Made by a program: the position numbers and the translations under genes. The notes beneath the pieces were generated by a model, which was not told where the DNA came from, ran no database searches, and was given only the letters and a program-made list of their open reading frames with translations. A DNA stretch of 64,000 nucleotides from Trichosphaerium sp. ATCC 40318. Lineage: Eukaryota > Protista > Tubulinea. Of this stretch, positions 47,874-60,737 are shown in pieces (within the stretch, counting starts at the first letter, position 1; every line of letters starts with the position of its first letter). The stretch is from assembly GCA_038496445.1 (NCBI GenBank), contig JALMLS010000488.1:248001-312000 (forward strand), given 5' to 3'.

Positions 47874-48587
47874 GTAAATACTTTTAGTATGCACACTACA
47901 GAGTGCACAAACTAAAATTTATACGATGAATTTGCACACTTTATCACAACTTGCAACCATCTCAAAAATACAATCTATTGTACTATACGTTTAAAATTTT
48001 ACCAATAAATGTATTACCTAACCAGAAGCTGGGTAGCGAAGGAAAGTCCATGGTAAACGGAGTCAAAACATGATAGAAATTTCAGTGAATGTTGCGTTTT
48101 CATTTCTTTGGCACTTTGATCACAATCCCACAATTTTTTTAATTCTACACAATGCTGATGATAAAAGGTTGTCAACGTTTCCTTCTCATGTGTTTCTCGG
48201 CCTAATGGCTTTGATCATGTGTAGTAAAAGTTCAGCTTGGGTTAAACCCCATGCAAGTGACCACGTGTCACTTTGTCTTTAACCCCATTATTTGGAAAAC
48301 TAATGGTGATTTGATATTGCTTGCAATGTCATTTGCCATACAGTGATTATCCTAGCACAGCACTACCCGCTAGAGTCTTAGTCACTTTTTTATCAAATAG
48401 CTGCTTGTCCATGTTCCAGTGACTGCTTCATGCGTAAGTCAACTATTTGGAAGTACGCTACTAAGCTACAGACAAAACAGAAGCAGTACTTTTCGCTCAA
48501 TGTCACTTTTCTGTAAAAGTCAGTTCAACTTTTTTTCTTATTTCTCAGTCAGCTCAACATCAAGAGTTTGCGAAACACTTTAAACAT

Positions 48588-49253
48588 ATGGCAGCAACCT
48601 CAGGTTATACTCTTATGCATGGCTCAGGTGAAAAAGTGTACCCTGTACCAAACGAGGAGAATACGTTTATTTTAGACGCAACAACAAAAGAAACCGGTAT
48701 ATGGTTACAAGATCTAATGCTAGCGCCTGGTTCCGTTGTTACAGCTAGCATGGAATTTATATCTTACCCAAATAACGACGTTGGCCGCCACGGCGGTGTG
48801 GTACTTGGAGAACACGACGTAAGTGCTTCTTAAATTTAACTTCGCCACGTGGCTATGCATAAAAAACTAAAAAAGGGAGGATAGCTAAATCGCGTAAACT
48901 AATTAAAAGAACAGGTTGGTAGCAAAAACAGATGGCCAAACTCGGGAAACAGTGGAGTCAACATAGATTGGATTGATAGGCCTCATGATCACGGTTATAG
49001 AATGCCCGGAGGCGAAAGGTGCTACCTTTTAATGCAGAATATCAACTGATTTATTTTTTCATCAAGCTTGTTTTCAGATGCAAAACATCCAGGAAAATTA
49101 TGGACATTTGTAGTGCCAAAAGTAGGATGTATGAGGTTTTACTCCGACTGGGAAGAAGTTGGACAAGTGACAATGAAAAGTAAATGGGGTGAGATAGGCG
49201 TATGGGCATGTACCGGATGTGTATTGAAAGCAACTGTAAAAATATTAAAATAA
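48588..49253 (+). CDS. Three-exon hypothetical protein, beta-rich (ConA/lectin-like?)
   Basis: Exons join in frame: ...RHGGVVLGEHD|VGSKNRWP...IDWIDRPHDHGYR...|...GEIGVWACTGCVLKATVKILK*. Confidence 0.65.
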
Positions 49254-49379
49254 TTACAGCAGCGTCTATTGTACCATTTATTGTACTATTTACATTACTT
49301 TTTTGAGAGTCCATACTCCTCAACCACAGTCTGTATACTCTAGCCATAAAAGCTTGTTGAAGCTTTTTTAAGACGTGTT

Positions 49380-51581
49380 TTATGAAGATATTGCAGTTAT
49401 GTGTTGAGGTAGAGTTAACATCACTTTTTGTGTTACAGTTGGCGAGTCAATCAGTGGTCTTGCATTCCCTTGTAAATTCGTATCTATGTTCACATGTGGT
49501 GCGAAATGTTTGATTGTAGCTACCAACTGTTCAACTGTTGTATCCCACCAGTAAGGTATTTGGACCAACGAAATACCTAACAACTTTGATAAGTTCCAAT
49601 CGATAAAAAAATTATACATACCTACTGCTTCGCATTGAGCACTTTTTTCTGCATCACGTGTTTGTTGTACTTCAGTTGGATTCCATTTGAAAATATCCTT
49701 ATAATGCTGTTCTCCTAAACAATAAGTTAAGAAGCACAGACTCGGTAAACAAAAAACTGGGATTCAAAAAGCAAACCTTGATATTCAAACGCCAAGTTCT
49801 GAGCTGGAATGTAAAGATCGACTGATAAGACAGTATATGAACCGCTCCTTAGAGATATAGAAGCCTCTTCAATAATCTCACAGGAAGGGAATATACTTGC
49901 AATAGCTCTACCAAGCTCTCTATTTTGAAGTCAATAACAAGTAAAACAACATTCGTAGAAGTAAACATACTTTTGTTTGCTATACTTCTTTAACCCACGG
50001 AACTGTCGCCACACCCACGGGAAATTTGGCTCTATCGATTTAAGAACGTAGGGCCAGTATCTTATTAACCCACGACCTCCAAGATCAGCTAGTTGCTGAT
50101 GAGATACATTGTACCTAGTGGTCATGAGTTTAACCGTATTAGTGACTAGACGAACCACATTGATGGTGTTTTGACACCTGTTGCTCTTTTGACACGTTCA
50201 AGAAACGCTTGCTGATGCAAAGATGTCTGCCAGTAAGAAGTTTTCCAACTTCTCTTTTCCCATGCGAAATGCGGATACAGAGATTGCATACATTCAAACA
50301 AAGATTGATTGTGTTGATCTCTAACTAGCTTGTTAATTGCGGTGATTACTTTGTTGAAGAAATGAAGCGTACAGTATACCCTTACCACCTTGAACGATTA
50401 TTTCAGCTTTATCTACATTGTACCATCCTTCTAGTTCTTTTACACCTAATCTCTTTCCAATAAACTCAAGAGAAGTCCTTTGGTTTGATTCGTCAAAAAT
50501 AGGTTTATGTCTATAACAAGATTAAGAAGTTGTCGCAGAACCACACATGCGTACGTAAACCTTTCATGGTCCCATTTATGGTGAGGGTAAACAGCCTTCA
50601 AACAAGACTCCATTGAACCATACCTTAAGGAAGTTAATCAAGGCAGTTCTGTTAAGTATGTCTTCTTACAATTTTGACTGTAGTGTTCCAGTAAACTCTA
50701 GAGCATCACTTCGACGGATATTATACCAGTCATCTAGATGTTTGATACCAAATAACTCACCAACATCATCTAGAGTCTTTTCTTGGTTACTCTTTTTACT
50801 CCAAAACATTCTCGGAGCCTTGTTGAAGTTTCTTTCGTTCCAATCATAGTAAGGATACAAAACAGATAAAGCCTTAAACATCGAACCATTGTAACTACAA
50901 TAAAAAAGTGAGCACGTGATTAATTGGTCTAAAAATAGTGCAATGTACAAAGATCGAATTAATTGTTCAACATCAAAATGGTATACATCCTCTAGGCAAA
51001 CTGAGCACCAACTTTCAAGTTCTTTGATATCAAGGTGTTCAGCAAGATGATTAAATATTTTCTTTTGTTCCTTCTTTGAGCTTCTGTATCCCCAGCACGT
51101 TCTGTTGACTTAGTATTCAAGTGCATAGTATTAACTACCGTACTTGAACAGCCATAGTTTCCATTCATGGCCAGGATACAAGCTATTGAAACAATCTCGG
51201 AGAGAACCATTGTAAAACTCACTTGCAAAAAAAGTTGTCAATAAGAAAACCTTCAGTACTTCACTTAAAACTTACAAAATGCCTTTTGCGCCATACTTGT
51301 CAAGTACGTCTACTTTAGAGATATTATACCATTGATCAAGTTGCATTATGTTTAACCGGATGGCTATGTCTTCAAATCGCTTGCGTTGCTTTTTTATATT
51401 ACTCCAAGGATGTTTACGTATATTTGGTGGTTTGTTAGCCAATTTTGCTGTGACATCATGAAATTCTAGAATTAATTACTCGTAACGCCGTTATAGTAAT
51501 GTATGTACCGTTTCCGCTTGCGTATGCGCGTTTTTGGGTTAGTGCGGAAGTTACACATCTACATAACCCCCGATTGTACAT
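49380..51581 (-). CDS. Putatively mitochondrion-targeted helical-repeat protein with a C-terminal RAP/PD-(D/E)XK-like domain
   Basis: N-terminus MYNRGLCRCVTSALTQKRAYAS. About 5 repeats of DxWYxV/I...YxGS...LxxxYPxxxW. C-terminal VDLYIPAQNLAFEYQGEQHY...RDAEKSAQC...GISLVQIPYWWD. 3' end uncertain. Confidence 0.75.
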
Positions 51582-51951
51582 AAAACGGAGGCCACTACCA
51601 ACCACAAGTGATAGGATCTAATTTAGCCGTGTAGTGCCTACACAACAACTCTATAGCCACCTTTCCTCGCTAGGAAGCGAAATACAGCTCACCAAGCGTT
51701 ACTCAACCATTCTCGCCTTCGCTTACGGTTTTTCTCGTTAAGGCACTTCAGCTCGGTTTAAAAAAGGGTAGTGACATCAATAACAACCACAACGTTCACA
51801 TTGCTTATTGCTTGGTTTCCGGAATAAGTTTATTCGGTACATTTTATTTGCTCAGCTAAAACAAGTTGGTAACCCTTTTGTGTACCATAGAGTACAATAC
51901 AAGATATTGCAAGACAGTTAAAGTAAATAGCAGCCGAAAAACGTATTGGGT

Positions 51952-52551
51952 ATGTCTACTGAAGATAGAAGTGTAGAGACAAGTGGATCAGAGGAATCGT
52001 GCACCGAAAGCGAAAGCGAAGGACACGTAGCAGTTCTAAAGAGTGAGAGCGAAGAAGCTCTAGAATCTACAGAAAACAGTGCCTCAGAGTCTCAAAGCGC
52101 AACAAGAGCAGTTGAGAAGCCTCAAAAACCAGAACAAGATGATAGTGAACCTTCAATGCCAGAAGAAGAAGAAGTAGAACCAGCAGAAATGCCTAAAAAA
52201 GTAGGCCTAAAAAGTAAAACAATCAAGCTACCAAAAGACGAAGATGAAGAAAAATACGACAATGACAAGGTGTTACAACATGGTGATAAGGAGTTTATCA
52301 TTGGTTTCTTGCTTGGTTTATTATTAAACTTTATCGGGCTATGCATAGGATTACTTGTGTACCGCAAGAAAAGCAAGACTGGGTGAGTATATTGTTTGAT
52401 ATTTGTTTTTTGCAAAACAATTAATGTTGTTCGTAGGCGCTATGGTTCTGTCGCAGGGTTTGTATTGAGTACATGCTTCATAATAACAATTGGGTTGATT
52501 GCTATCATCATTTTCGCAACGAGTTTAGGTGAAAATGTAAGGATATTTTAA
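51952..52551 (+). CDS. Two-exon membrane protein with an acidic N-terminus and C-terminal hydrophobic helices
   Basis: Glu/Ser-rich N-terminus; hydrophobic segments FIIGFLLGLLLNFIGLCIGLLVY and GSVAGFVLSTCFIITIGLIAIIIF. Confidence 0.8.
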
Positions 52552-52717
52552 GATGATAGAAACCCACATACCAGAGAAAGACTAGACTGTATACTAACGA
52601 CAAACATAAAAAATAACATTAAAATTTTTATTATCTTATTGTACACGTGTTTGTCTAAAGAAGAAAAAAAACTAGCCTCTGAGGCTAGTATACTTAAAGT
52701 ACGTCATAAGAAACCAC

Positions 52718-55386
52718 TCAGTTATCGCCAAGCTTATCTTGTAGCATACCAACGAGTAAGGCATCCTAAAAGGTATTTAGAGACGAGGTAACGAGAACTA
52801 TATTTTTAGTCTTACCTTTTCAGATCCTCCGTTAGTGCCTGAAGCAGCTCCACTGGTGAAAAGTCCTTTGGATGGTTTTCCATTTGCTGATAACCAAACC
52901 CTTGTAGTACCCATTTCTGGTTGTGGGAAGAATACTGGGTTCTTTGTGGACTTGTAGATATCCTTTTGTTCCTTCAGAACAGCCAAAGAACGTGCAATAT
53001 CTAAGGCAAAGTTAACATGAAGTTGTCTTTTCTTATTTAATTCTGTGTTGACGCACCTGTATCCAAAGCTCTTGCGCCCTCTCCTTCTGCTCTGTATCGT
53101 TCTAGATTAGCTTCTGCGATAATCTTCGTAGCCATAGCTTCACCTTCAGCTTTAAGAATAGCTGATTGTTTTTCTGCCTCTGCACGCATAATTGTAGCCT
53201 TTTCTTTTTGTTAGAACGCTTCTGTACTTGAGTTTTCACACGTACTTGTTTAACAGCTTCAGCCTCTATGATACTCGTTTTTTGTCTTGCTTGAGCAACA
53301 ATAACTTGCGATTCTTGTTGTCCTTCAGCTTCAAGAACCATTGTCTTTTTGCGTGCTATTTATAAGTCAGTACTGCTTTTGAAGTTTTACTTTGATAATA
53401 AAAAAAGTTACCTCTAGCTTTTGTTTGTACAACTTGAGCTTCTAGTTCGGCCGTTCTCCTTTCTGCGTCTTTCTTTGCCATGTTCTTAGCAAGACTTTTA
53501 ATGGCATCATTGATATCACGATCTATATGAAACGTTACAAAGCTTTCAAACAATACAAAAAAACTTCTTTGAAGCCAACCTTGGATAGCAATATCACGTA
53601 ATTTCAAATCATCAATCTTTACTCCAAAGTTATCCATCATGGATGTCAAATCTTGCAAAAACTCATCATGAATACGCTCATGTATAGTTTTAGGTACTTC
53701 AACATTTGGTTTTTCAAGCTACAACAAATTAATAAAACTACTTTAAAAAAAAAACTTTGTTCTCCACTTACAACTCCTGATGTGCTATCTGGTGGAGGAG
53801 AAATATCTCTGTACGAAAATCTTCTTAATATTTGAGAAAGAGTAACAGTTGACATGTCAACAATAAACTAAAGAGCCAGAGGTTAATAAACCAAAAATCG
53901 AAAGTACTCAAAACGTACTTTTTGGAGTTGATCTATTTTCAACACAGCTACCGCAGGATCGGCTATATGATAACTGAGGACTGCACGAACATTGATAATA
54001 ATATTATCTGTCGTTTTTACTTGCAGAAATTCGCCTTCAACAGTAACCCTATTTGACACATTATTTTCAATGAATGACAAGTGTCACAATTTGTTGCTTG
54101 GGTTTTTTGATAAATTTTGTAATGTAGCTTTGCTTAAAAAAAAAAGTACATTGCATCATGACCAAAGTCACCTTGAGGGCTATTTTGGCGCTAGAGCAGA
54201 CGTAAGACGAATATTATTTCTATCATTGCGAAAGATTTCGAGAGTGTTGCGTACATTTCTCACTACAGAAGGAATAGGAAGTGTTTGTTGTGCAATAGAT
54301 AGTAGTGGTGTATCATCATCGAGAGTCTGCATAGGAGGTCTGAGATGGTATCTGTTTTGGAAGAAAACTGTTAATAGCTTGTTTTTTTTAATGTAAAAGA
54401 ATGAAATTAGGAGATATCGACGCGTACCTGCCAGGCGGTAGTATCTTTAGCTGACCAACATTATTTGCATCATATTCATAACATACACCAACGAAACCAG
54501 GTCTAACCTATTATTACATATGAGAAAGGCGAAGAGATGAAAATATGTGACGTACATTGACGATATGTAAACCCTTCATTTTTATAACTTCCTTGTTAAT
54601 ATCATGGTGTGCTACGTATGTATGTGTTGCTGATGTAAGCAAGTGACGTCCTGGACGCAACATTACCAGTTTACCATCTCTGTAAGACTCTAAAATAATT
54701 TAAGAATGAAAAGCCTCTTTTTTTTTAAATGAAACCAAACTATTTGTACCAGCGACTTCACCGTCGTTTACAGTGATGATTTGCCTTGGCCCCATAGTCA
54801 CCACCTTCTGTGATACACGTACAGGTTCGCCACCCCACCTCTAATACGAAAATAAGGCTGAAATCTTACGTTTTTTGCAGTGCTTTTTCTAAACGTACTT
54901 CAAATGGGTATCTAGCGTAACGGCCTGGAGGAAGAATAACTGCGTCACCAGCGAATGTGTATCGTAGCCCCATATAACCTTCTTCTACTTGCATTTGGCT
55001 AGAATAAACAGTCAAAAACGAAGTTGTTTCAAACCAAGAAAGTGTTGTCGGGTATTTGAGAATAAGGCTTTTTTTAGCGCTACTACGTTTAACTTACTTG
55101 CAGAAAGGCACACAGAAGCAGCCAAGGCAACCCAACAATTTTGGTAGGAAACCACGATTGGAACGTCTAAATAACGCGTTAATAAGCGTAAAAAGAGCAA
55201 ATTATACCTGTAGTTGTCTCTTATAATCTGATCCATCTCTACATCTCCTAATGGTTTATCTTCTAGTACCCTTGTGCTCTCAGGGAAGTTTAACACCGCT
55301 GAGAGTGGCCTCTCCTCTACTTGACCAAGTAACGGCTCAGTTGCTTCACCATTGTTATTTCGCTTTTTACGTCTAGTGCTGGTCAT
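52718..55386 (-). CDS. Multi-exon SPFH/band-7 protein, vacuolin-like (N-terminal beta repeats + SPFH + coiled coil)
   Basis: Repeats of VxxGxxG...ILPPGRY / LRPGRH; SPFH segments LQVKTTDNIIINVRAVLSYHIADP and NFGVKIDDLKLRDI; AEG/AEA coiled-coil repeats. Confidence 0.8.
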
Positions 55387-55655
55387 AATGCGACGACTAT
55401 CGTTGTTTTCTTGTTGAATATTCATCAGAAATCAATAGACTGTAGGTCAATGAATCCTGTTTTTTTGAGATTTTGTGAACTCTTCTTTTGGACGATACGA
55501 AAGCATTTTCATAAAATTCGAAATATTCATGTAATCCTGTCCAAAAAGCGAAACAAAAATGGTGTACCCGATAATATTGCTGGCACTTGTAACTAAGAAT
55601 CCAGTGACTGAAAATTTCGTCTGATTTATCAAAATAATTTTATTTTCAACATTAA

Positions 55656-56775
55656 TCAGTAGAGTAGAACAGGTTTTCTGTGCTGGGGCGGAATTAGAGC
55701 TCTATGAATAAGAGGTACTACGCCAGCACTTGGAAGTACTGCACTACGAAGTAACTTATCTAACTCTTCATCATTGTGAATAGCCAATTGTAGGTAACGT
55801 GGCACAATACGCGTTCTTTTATTGTCTTTAGTTTGGTTACCGGCTAATTCTATAATCTCAGCTAAAGGCAAATAATGATAAGTTTTTTTGGAACAACAAA
55901 TGCAAGAATCAAACAAAAAAAAGATAAAAACTCTTACCCACAAGGTACTCAAGTACTGCTGCTAAAAAAACTGGCGCAGTTGCAGAAACACGTGTGGCTA
56001 TTTGAGTTTTCTCTTTTATATGCCTATGAAGACGTCCAACCTATAACCCAAAGTTAGATACACAAAGTGATTAATCCACAAAAATCTGCACTCACAGGAA
56101 ATTGAAGACCTGATCTAGAGCTTCTTGTGCCAGCGTGTAGTTGTGGTTTAGGTGCCGGATCTGTATCACCGCGCATTGAAGCAGTATATTTTGTGACTGC
56201 CTAGGTTGTACTATAAGTTTCACGTCAAGATTTGACGAAAAGTAGCTCGACATTTGCAATGACAACTTTTTTTGAAAGTTTTTCAGCATGTCATTTTGTT
56301 CTGTACCTTTTCTCCTTCAGATACGCTATGCTTAGAAAGCTCACCAGGAAGTTCAATACGCACAGCTAAAACTTGTTTAGAGCTGCATTGGCTAATTAAG
56401 ATTTTTGGCAACATTCGGGTAAAAAAGCTGTACAGTTGTGATGAGGGGTTTTGTACCTGTAATGAGATCTCTGGAGTCAAACGTTTTTTTCTTAGCCTTG
56501 GAAAGCAATTCGTCTACTCTCACTATGAATCTGTTTTACAACGCGCAGTGAGTAAACTGTAGCAATTTAAACAACGTTGTATACCTCTTTTCCATGTCAT
56601 TGACTACAAGCTTGTTATTAACAAACGGTGGTTAACGCACAGCGTATTACATACCGAAACTGTTCATTATAGCCATAGCTTTCCTTGAAATACCTGTATC
56701 AGGATGAACTTGTTTCAGGACCTTGTAAATGTATGTAGAAAATGTCTCAATTCTTCTTAACCGGTTGCCTCTCAT
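55656..56775 (-). CDS. Single-chain histone H2B-H2A doublet (228 aa, 7 exons)
   Basis: Exons 56775-56655, 56603-56585, 56530-56457, 56365-56307, 56200-56096, 56040-55938 and 55861-55656 join in frame with GT-AG introns. H2B ([17 protein letters not shown]...[20 protein letters not shown]) runs without a stop into H2A ([13 protein letters not shown]...AAVLEYL...LAIHNDEEL). Confidence 0.9.
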
Positions 56776-57153
56776 GTCGTTACAGGAAACTGCAGTCGAA
56801 TACCAAAAAGGTCAATTGTTTTCTGAACGACATGCGTTATTTGGATGGATGTTGTTCGGTGTTTTACAAGCCGAGTTAGGTCCAAGTCAAGCTTGATCCA
56901 ATTTTCTTGATGCAGGGATACAGTGACAGTCGCCAAAAAGTCTTCGGAGCGGTACAATGCCATCATTTCTGGTGAGTCAACTTGTTCTTTCTACTTACGC
57001 TACGATGCAGTGACAGTTTAATAATAACAAAGATTGTATTTATTTATCGACAGACTACTCTAAATACTATTTTTATACAAATGTCCCTTTATAATAAACA
57101 ATGGTTGGGAATGATGATAAATCATCTTTTCTTCTTTTTCTTTCCTTTTTTCT

Positions 57154-60100
57154 TTACAATATTTCTCTTGGTACTTTACCAATAACAACACGATTACGTT
57201 TTGTTAGTTGTCGTGCTGGAATACGGTAAACATCACCTCCAGTAGCTTGAACACGTGGTTCACTAGACCATGGTTTATGACCTGATGTCAAGTCCTCCTA
57301 AAGCGGGATTCAACATGAGCAACAAAAAAACAAATAGGATGAGACGAACCTCGCTTGAATTTGAGTTATCACTACCAACCATATCTTGTATATTTGATGT
57401 CATACGCTGTGTCAAACCGTGCTCTATAAGAGCACTTATCCATGATAATTTATCTGCTCTACAAGCAGCTCCAAATGTAATTCTCTTGTTTGAAGGTGTG
57501 GCAACTGCAAATACAGCATCACCAGGAATATTATGATTGCCTCTATAATTTCGAGCTGAATCAACTTGAGAGTTTGATACATCATAATGGGAATATGGGT
57601 GTTTATCCTAAACAAAGCAATTCAATAAATATCTTGTCTAAGCCTCAAAAAAAGAAAGCGAAAAGCAAACCATAATTGCAAAAAAAAAAAAAAAAAGCTG
57701 TTATCGATCTTACCTTTGGGTGATGATATTTATATACAATGTTGTTGTGTAAACAAACCCTAATTATTGTAAGATATATATTCCTTAAGTAAACCAAAAA
57801 AAATCATCCATGTAAGCAATTACACCTGAAAATTTTATCTTTTTCTGCGAAAAACATACCATATTCTTTTTTGTTTGCCTTTTGTCATTTGGTATAACCA
57901 ACCAAGATGATCTGTTTGGCTTGGCTTCTCACCGACTTTAATCTCCTCTCTTCCACCTTGCAAGAATGTTTGCATTAAGATATCATCAAGAAGCTCATCA
58001 CGTTTGAAGCAGGCAGCAAACCTAGTGAAACGATCAATGATTTTATACAGAAAACGTGCAGTCATTACGCACCACTTATTAATAAGAGCTTCACATTTTT
58101 CCATTTTATGTGGAGAAAAACTCCTTGGTGATAGTATTCTAGAAGGGAATCCTCCAGGGACATCTTTATGATGTACACGAAGCTAGAAAAAAGAAGCGTA
58201 AGAAATTGTTTAATTGATTAAATCGATAAATTCGTACTGCATCAATGAGCGTGTAAAATTCTTTAAACCTTCTCTTAACATACCATTGTGTAGTAGATAA
58301 ATCTACTAATATCTTATGCAACTAGACAAATCAGTTAGAAGCTGTACAATAAAGAAGGAAACAAAACATCAAAATTACAATTGTTGTGGCAAAACGTACA
58401 ATATATGGCTTCTTTCCCTTCTGTTTTATTGCATTGGAGTTAACTACAATGGCTCTGAACGATACTTTATCAACAATAAATTGAGAACGAGGTGATTGTT
58501 TAACTGGGTCATTAACATGGAACACAAATGAAGACGCATGTCTTCTGTGTTGTTGCACTGGTTGAGGTAGTGAAGGTCTAGCACGGGCCAGTGCACTCTA
58601 TTAAACATTGTTAGTATATTATACAAGTACTATAAGGTACCTCAACGTCTGCCATAGAGTCTATGATGGCTGTTTTTTCCATCAAAGTGGATTCCAGCTC
58701 ACTTCCAAATGTATCTCCTAATATATTTTTCTTCCCAAATTTGACGCTGTACATTTGAGTCACGTTTAGTATACTATCTTTCAAGTTTGCAAACATTAAC
58801 TGTGTGCTTCTTTTCATAATCTTAGAGTCCTCACTAGTGAGTTTCAAGATTTCTAAGCAAAAATTCTTCAAAAGAAGAGAAAGTCAGCATTTAGATTCTT
58901 TTTTCTTGTGTAATGCATTTTGCCTTATGACGTACTTGTAGAGAAACATAGAGTGGTTTTGTTTCTACTAATTTACCATATATAGCGGCTTGCTCCTCTT
59001 TACTTTTTGCATTCGCCTTCAAAACAGCATTCTGAAGCCTTTTTTTGAAAATCAGCCTTAAATTCCTTTTGATTCGTTTTGATTCGTTTTGATTTTTTCT
59101 TTACGTACTCTGTTAATAAAGAACTCAAAGTGTCTGCAACCTTATCAAATTCAGCTTTCAAGTCACCATTATCTAGTAAGCAAATATTTAGTACTAACGC
59201 GTCAAATGGTGAAACAACATTTACAACTTACGTAACGTTGTGTGACCAGTTGTTGGACGACGAGGTACGACAACATGCCCTCCATTTGGTCTAGGAGGTA
59301 TCGAAGGATTATCACCTTTTGTAAAAGTAGGTAACGAATCAGTAACACATCGTTTTCTAGTAGGCTTGTTCTGACCAAAATGTTAAATCAATACAATGAA
59401 AAACTATTGTCAAATATTTTTCTACGTACACGCCTTGCCCACTCAAGGTACACGTCAATGAGCTTTGTCTTATTTGTGCGCGCACTATATGGTATAGGTA
59501 TCTTCTTAGTTCTACATTCAGCAGATATATTAGCAACTGACATGCATAGCAGTTGATCTCGGCAGAAAACTCCGTCAACTTGTACTGCTGGAGAGCTATT
59601 CTGAGGCTTTTTCTTGATAACTCGAGGCAGTGGTTTGACTTTCTTTGGTGCTGAACGAGGTGGCTGGCCGTTAGGTGATCGTTTAAAATGATGAAATAAA
59701 TGTGTGAGGTAGATAACCATTGTTGGTTCATCAGGAGAGCCGAGCTAAAATGGATAGAAAAATAAGTATCAGAAAAAAAAAGAAAAGGTTTTTTGACAAC
59801 TCGGCTTTGGAGTGCTTGTACATACGTTATAATCACCCATCTATAATTTTTATAAGTACGTAATTAATGTAGATATAAAATAATTGATACATACAGTTAC
59901 TGGTAGAGATAATACCGACTCTATTTTTCTGAAAAATACTCTCATATTAAGCGACCTCTGAAGATTCTACAAATATTTGTGAGTTTGTGACATCATCTAG
60001 TACGCTTATTTATATACTTACGCCTAATGGAAATGCCTTTGGTACTTGTACATGCATAATAGCGCGTACTGGAAGCCTGAACATTGTCAATTGCCAAAAT

Positions 60101-60737
60101 GAACAAAAAAGCAAAAAAACTGTTTTAGGAATGTTTGTTTTGCTTACCCTTGTGTAAAACACGTCGTAAAATCTACAACTGACTTTGATTTTACCTTCCT
60201 AACCACCTTTTAGGCGACAATCTTAGTATTATACCATTAAAACTCACTTTGAGCAGCTGTCACACCATTCTAATAGCCCTGGTTGTCCTGATTTACCATT
60301 ACAAATAACCTTCTTTAGGTCTGTGCATTGAAAGAGCGCCCACAAGATTTCTGTCGTAGCAGAAATGTTACAGTTGAAAATGGCTTAAAAGTAGCTTGTT
60401 AGAATTGTACAGCGTAGTATGTAGCGTACACGCTGGTGAAAATTTAAATTGTCTCCCACTAGCTGAAGAAATGGCTGACATGGCTGATTTGATGTTCTGC
60501 ATGATTTGAACGTTGTAGGTTGGTTTATTATGGTGTGGGATATCAATTTTGAGCGTCTTTTGACAAAGTTGTATTAACTTTGTTCCGTCCCGAAATACCT
60601 CGCCAAATGCGCCTCTTACATGTTTACTTCCAAGCTTGTAATTAGCCCATTCACCCAAAAGCTAATACGTCCAAATTAGAGAATACACGGTTGTACCTAA
60701 AAGTATTTCCGCCACGTACTTTAGCGCGTATTTCCAT
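57154..60737 (-). CDS. Multi-exon tandem calponin-homology + PX + PH domain protein
   Basis: CH1 EWANYKL...FRDGTKLIQL...QIMQNIKSAM; CH2 end PDEPTMVIYLTHLF; PX WYVKRRFKEFYTL; PH HLGWLYQM...KRIW and ADKLSWISAL. That all exons form one gene is inferred. Confidence 0.7.

Noticed and set aside
48015-48300. GGAAAGTCC (RNase P-like) on plus, and an SDTWSLA kinase-like remnant on minus
   Set aside because: No complementary P4 strand found; the kinase resemblance is a single short motif among stops.
52671-52689. ACTAGCCTC-T-GAGGCTAGT palindrome between convergent genes as a terminator
   Set aside because: Eukaryotic context and a 1-nt loop; no supportable function.
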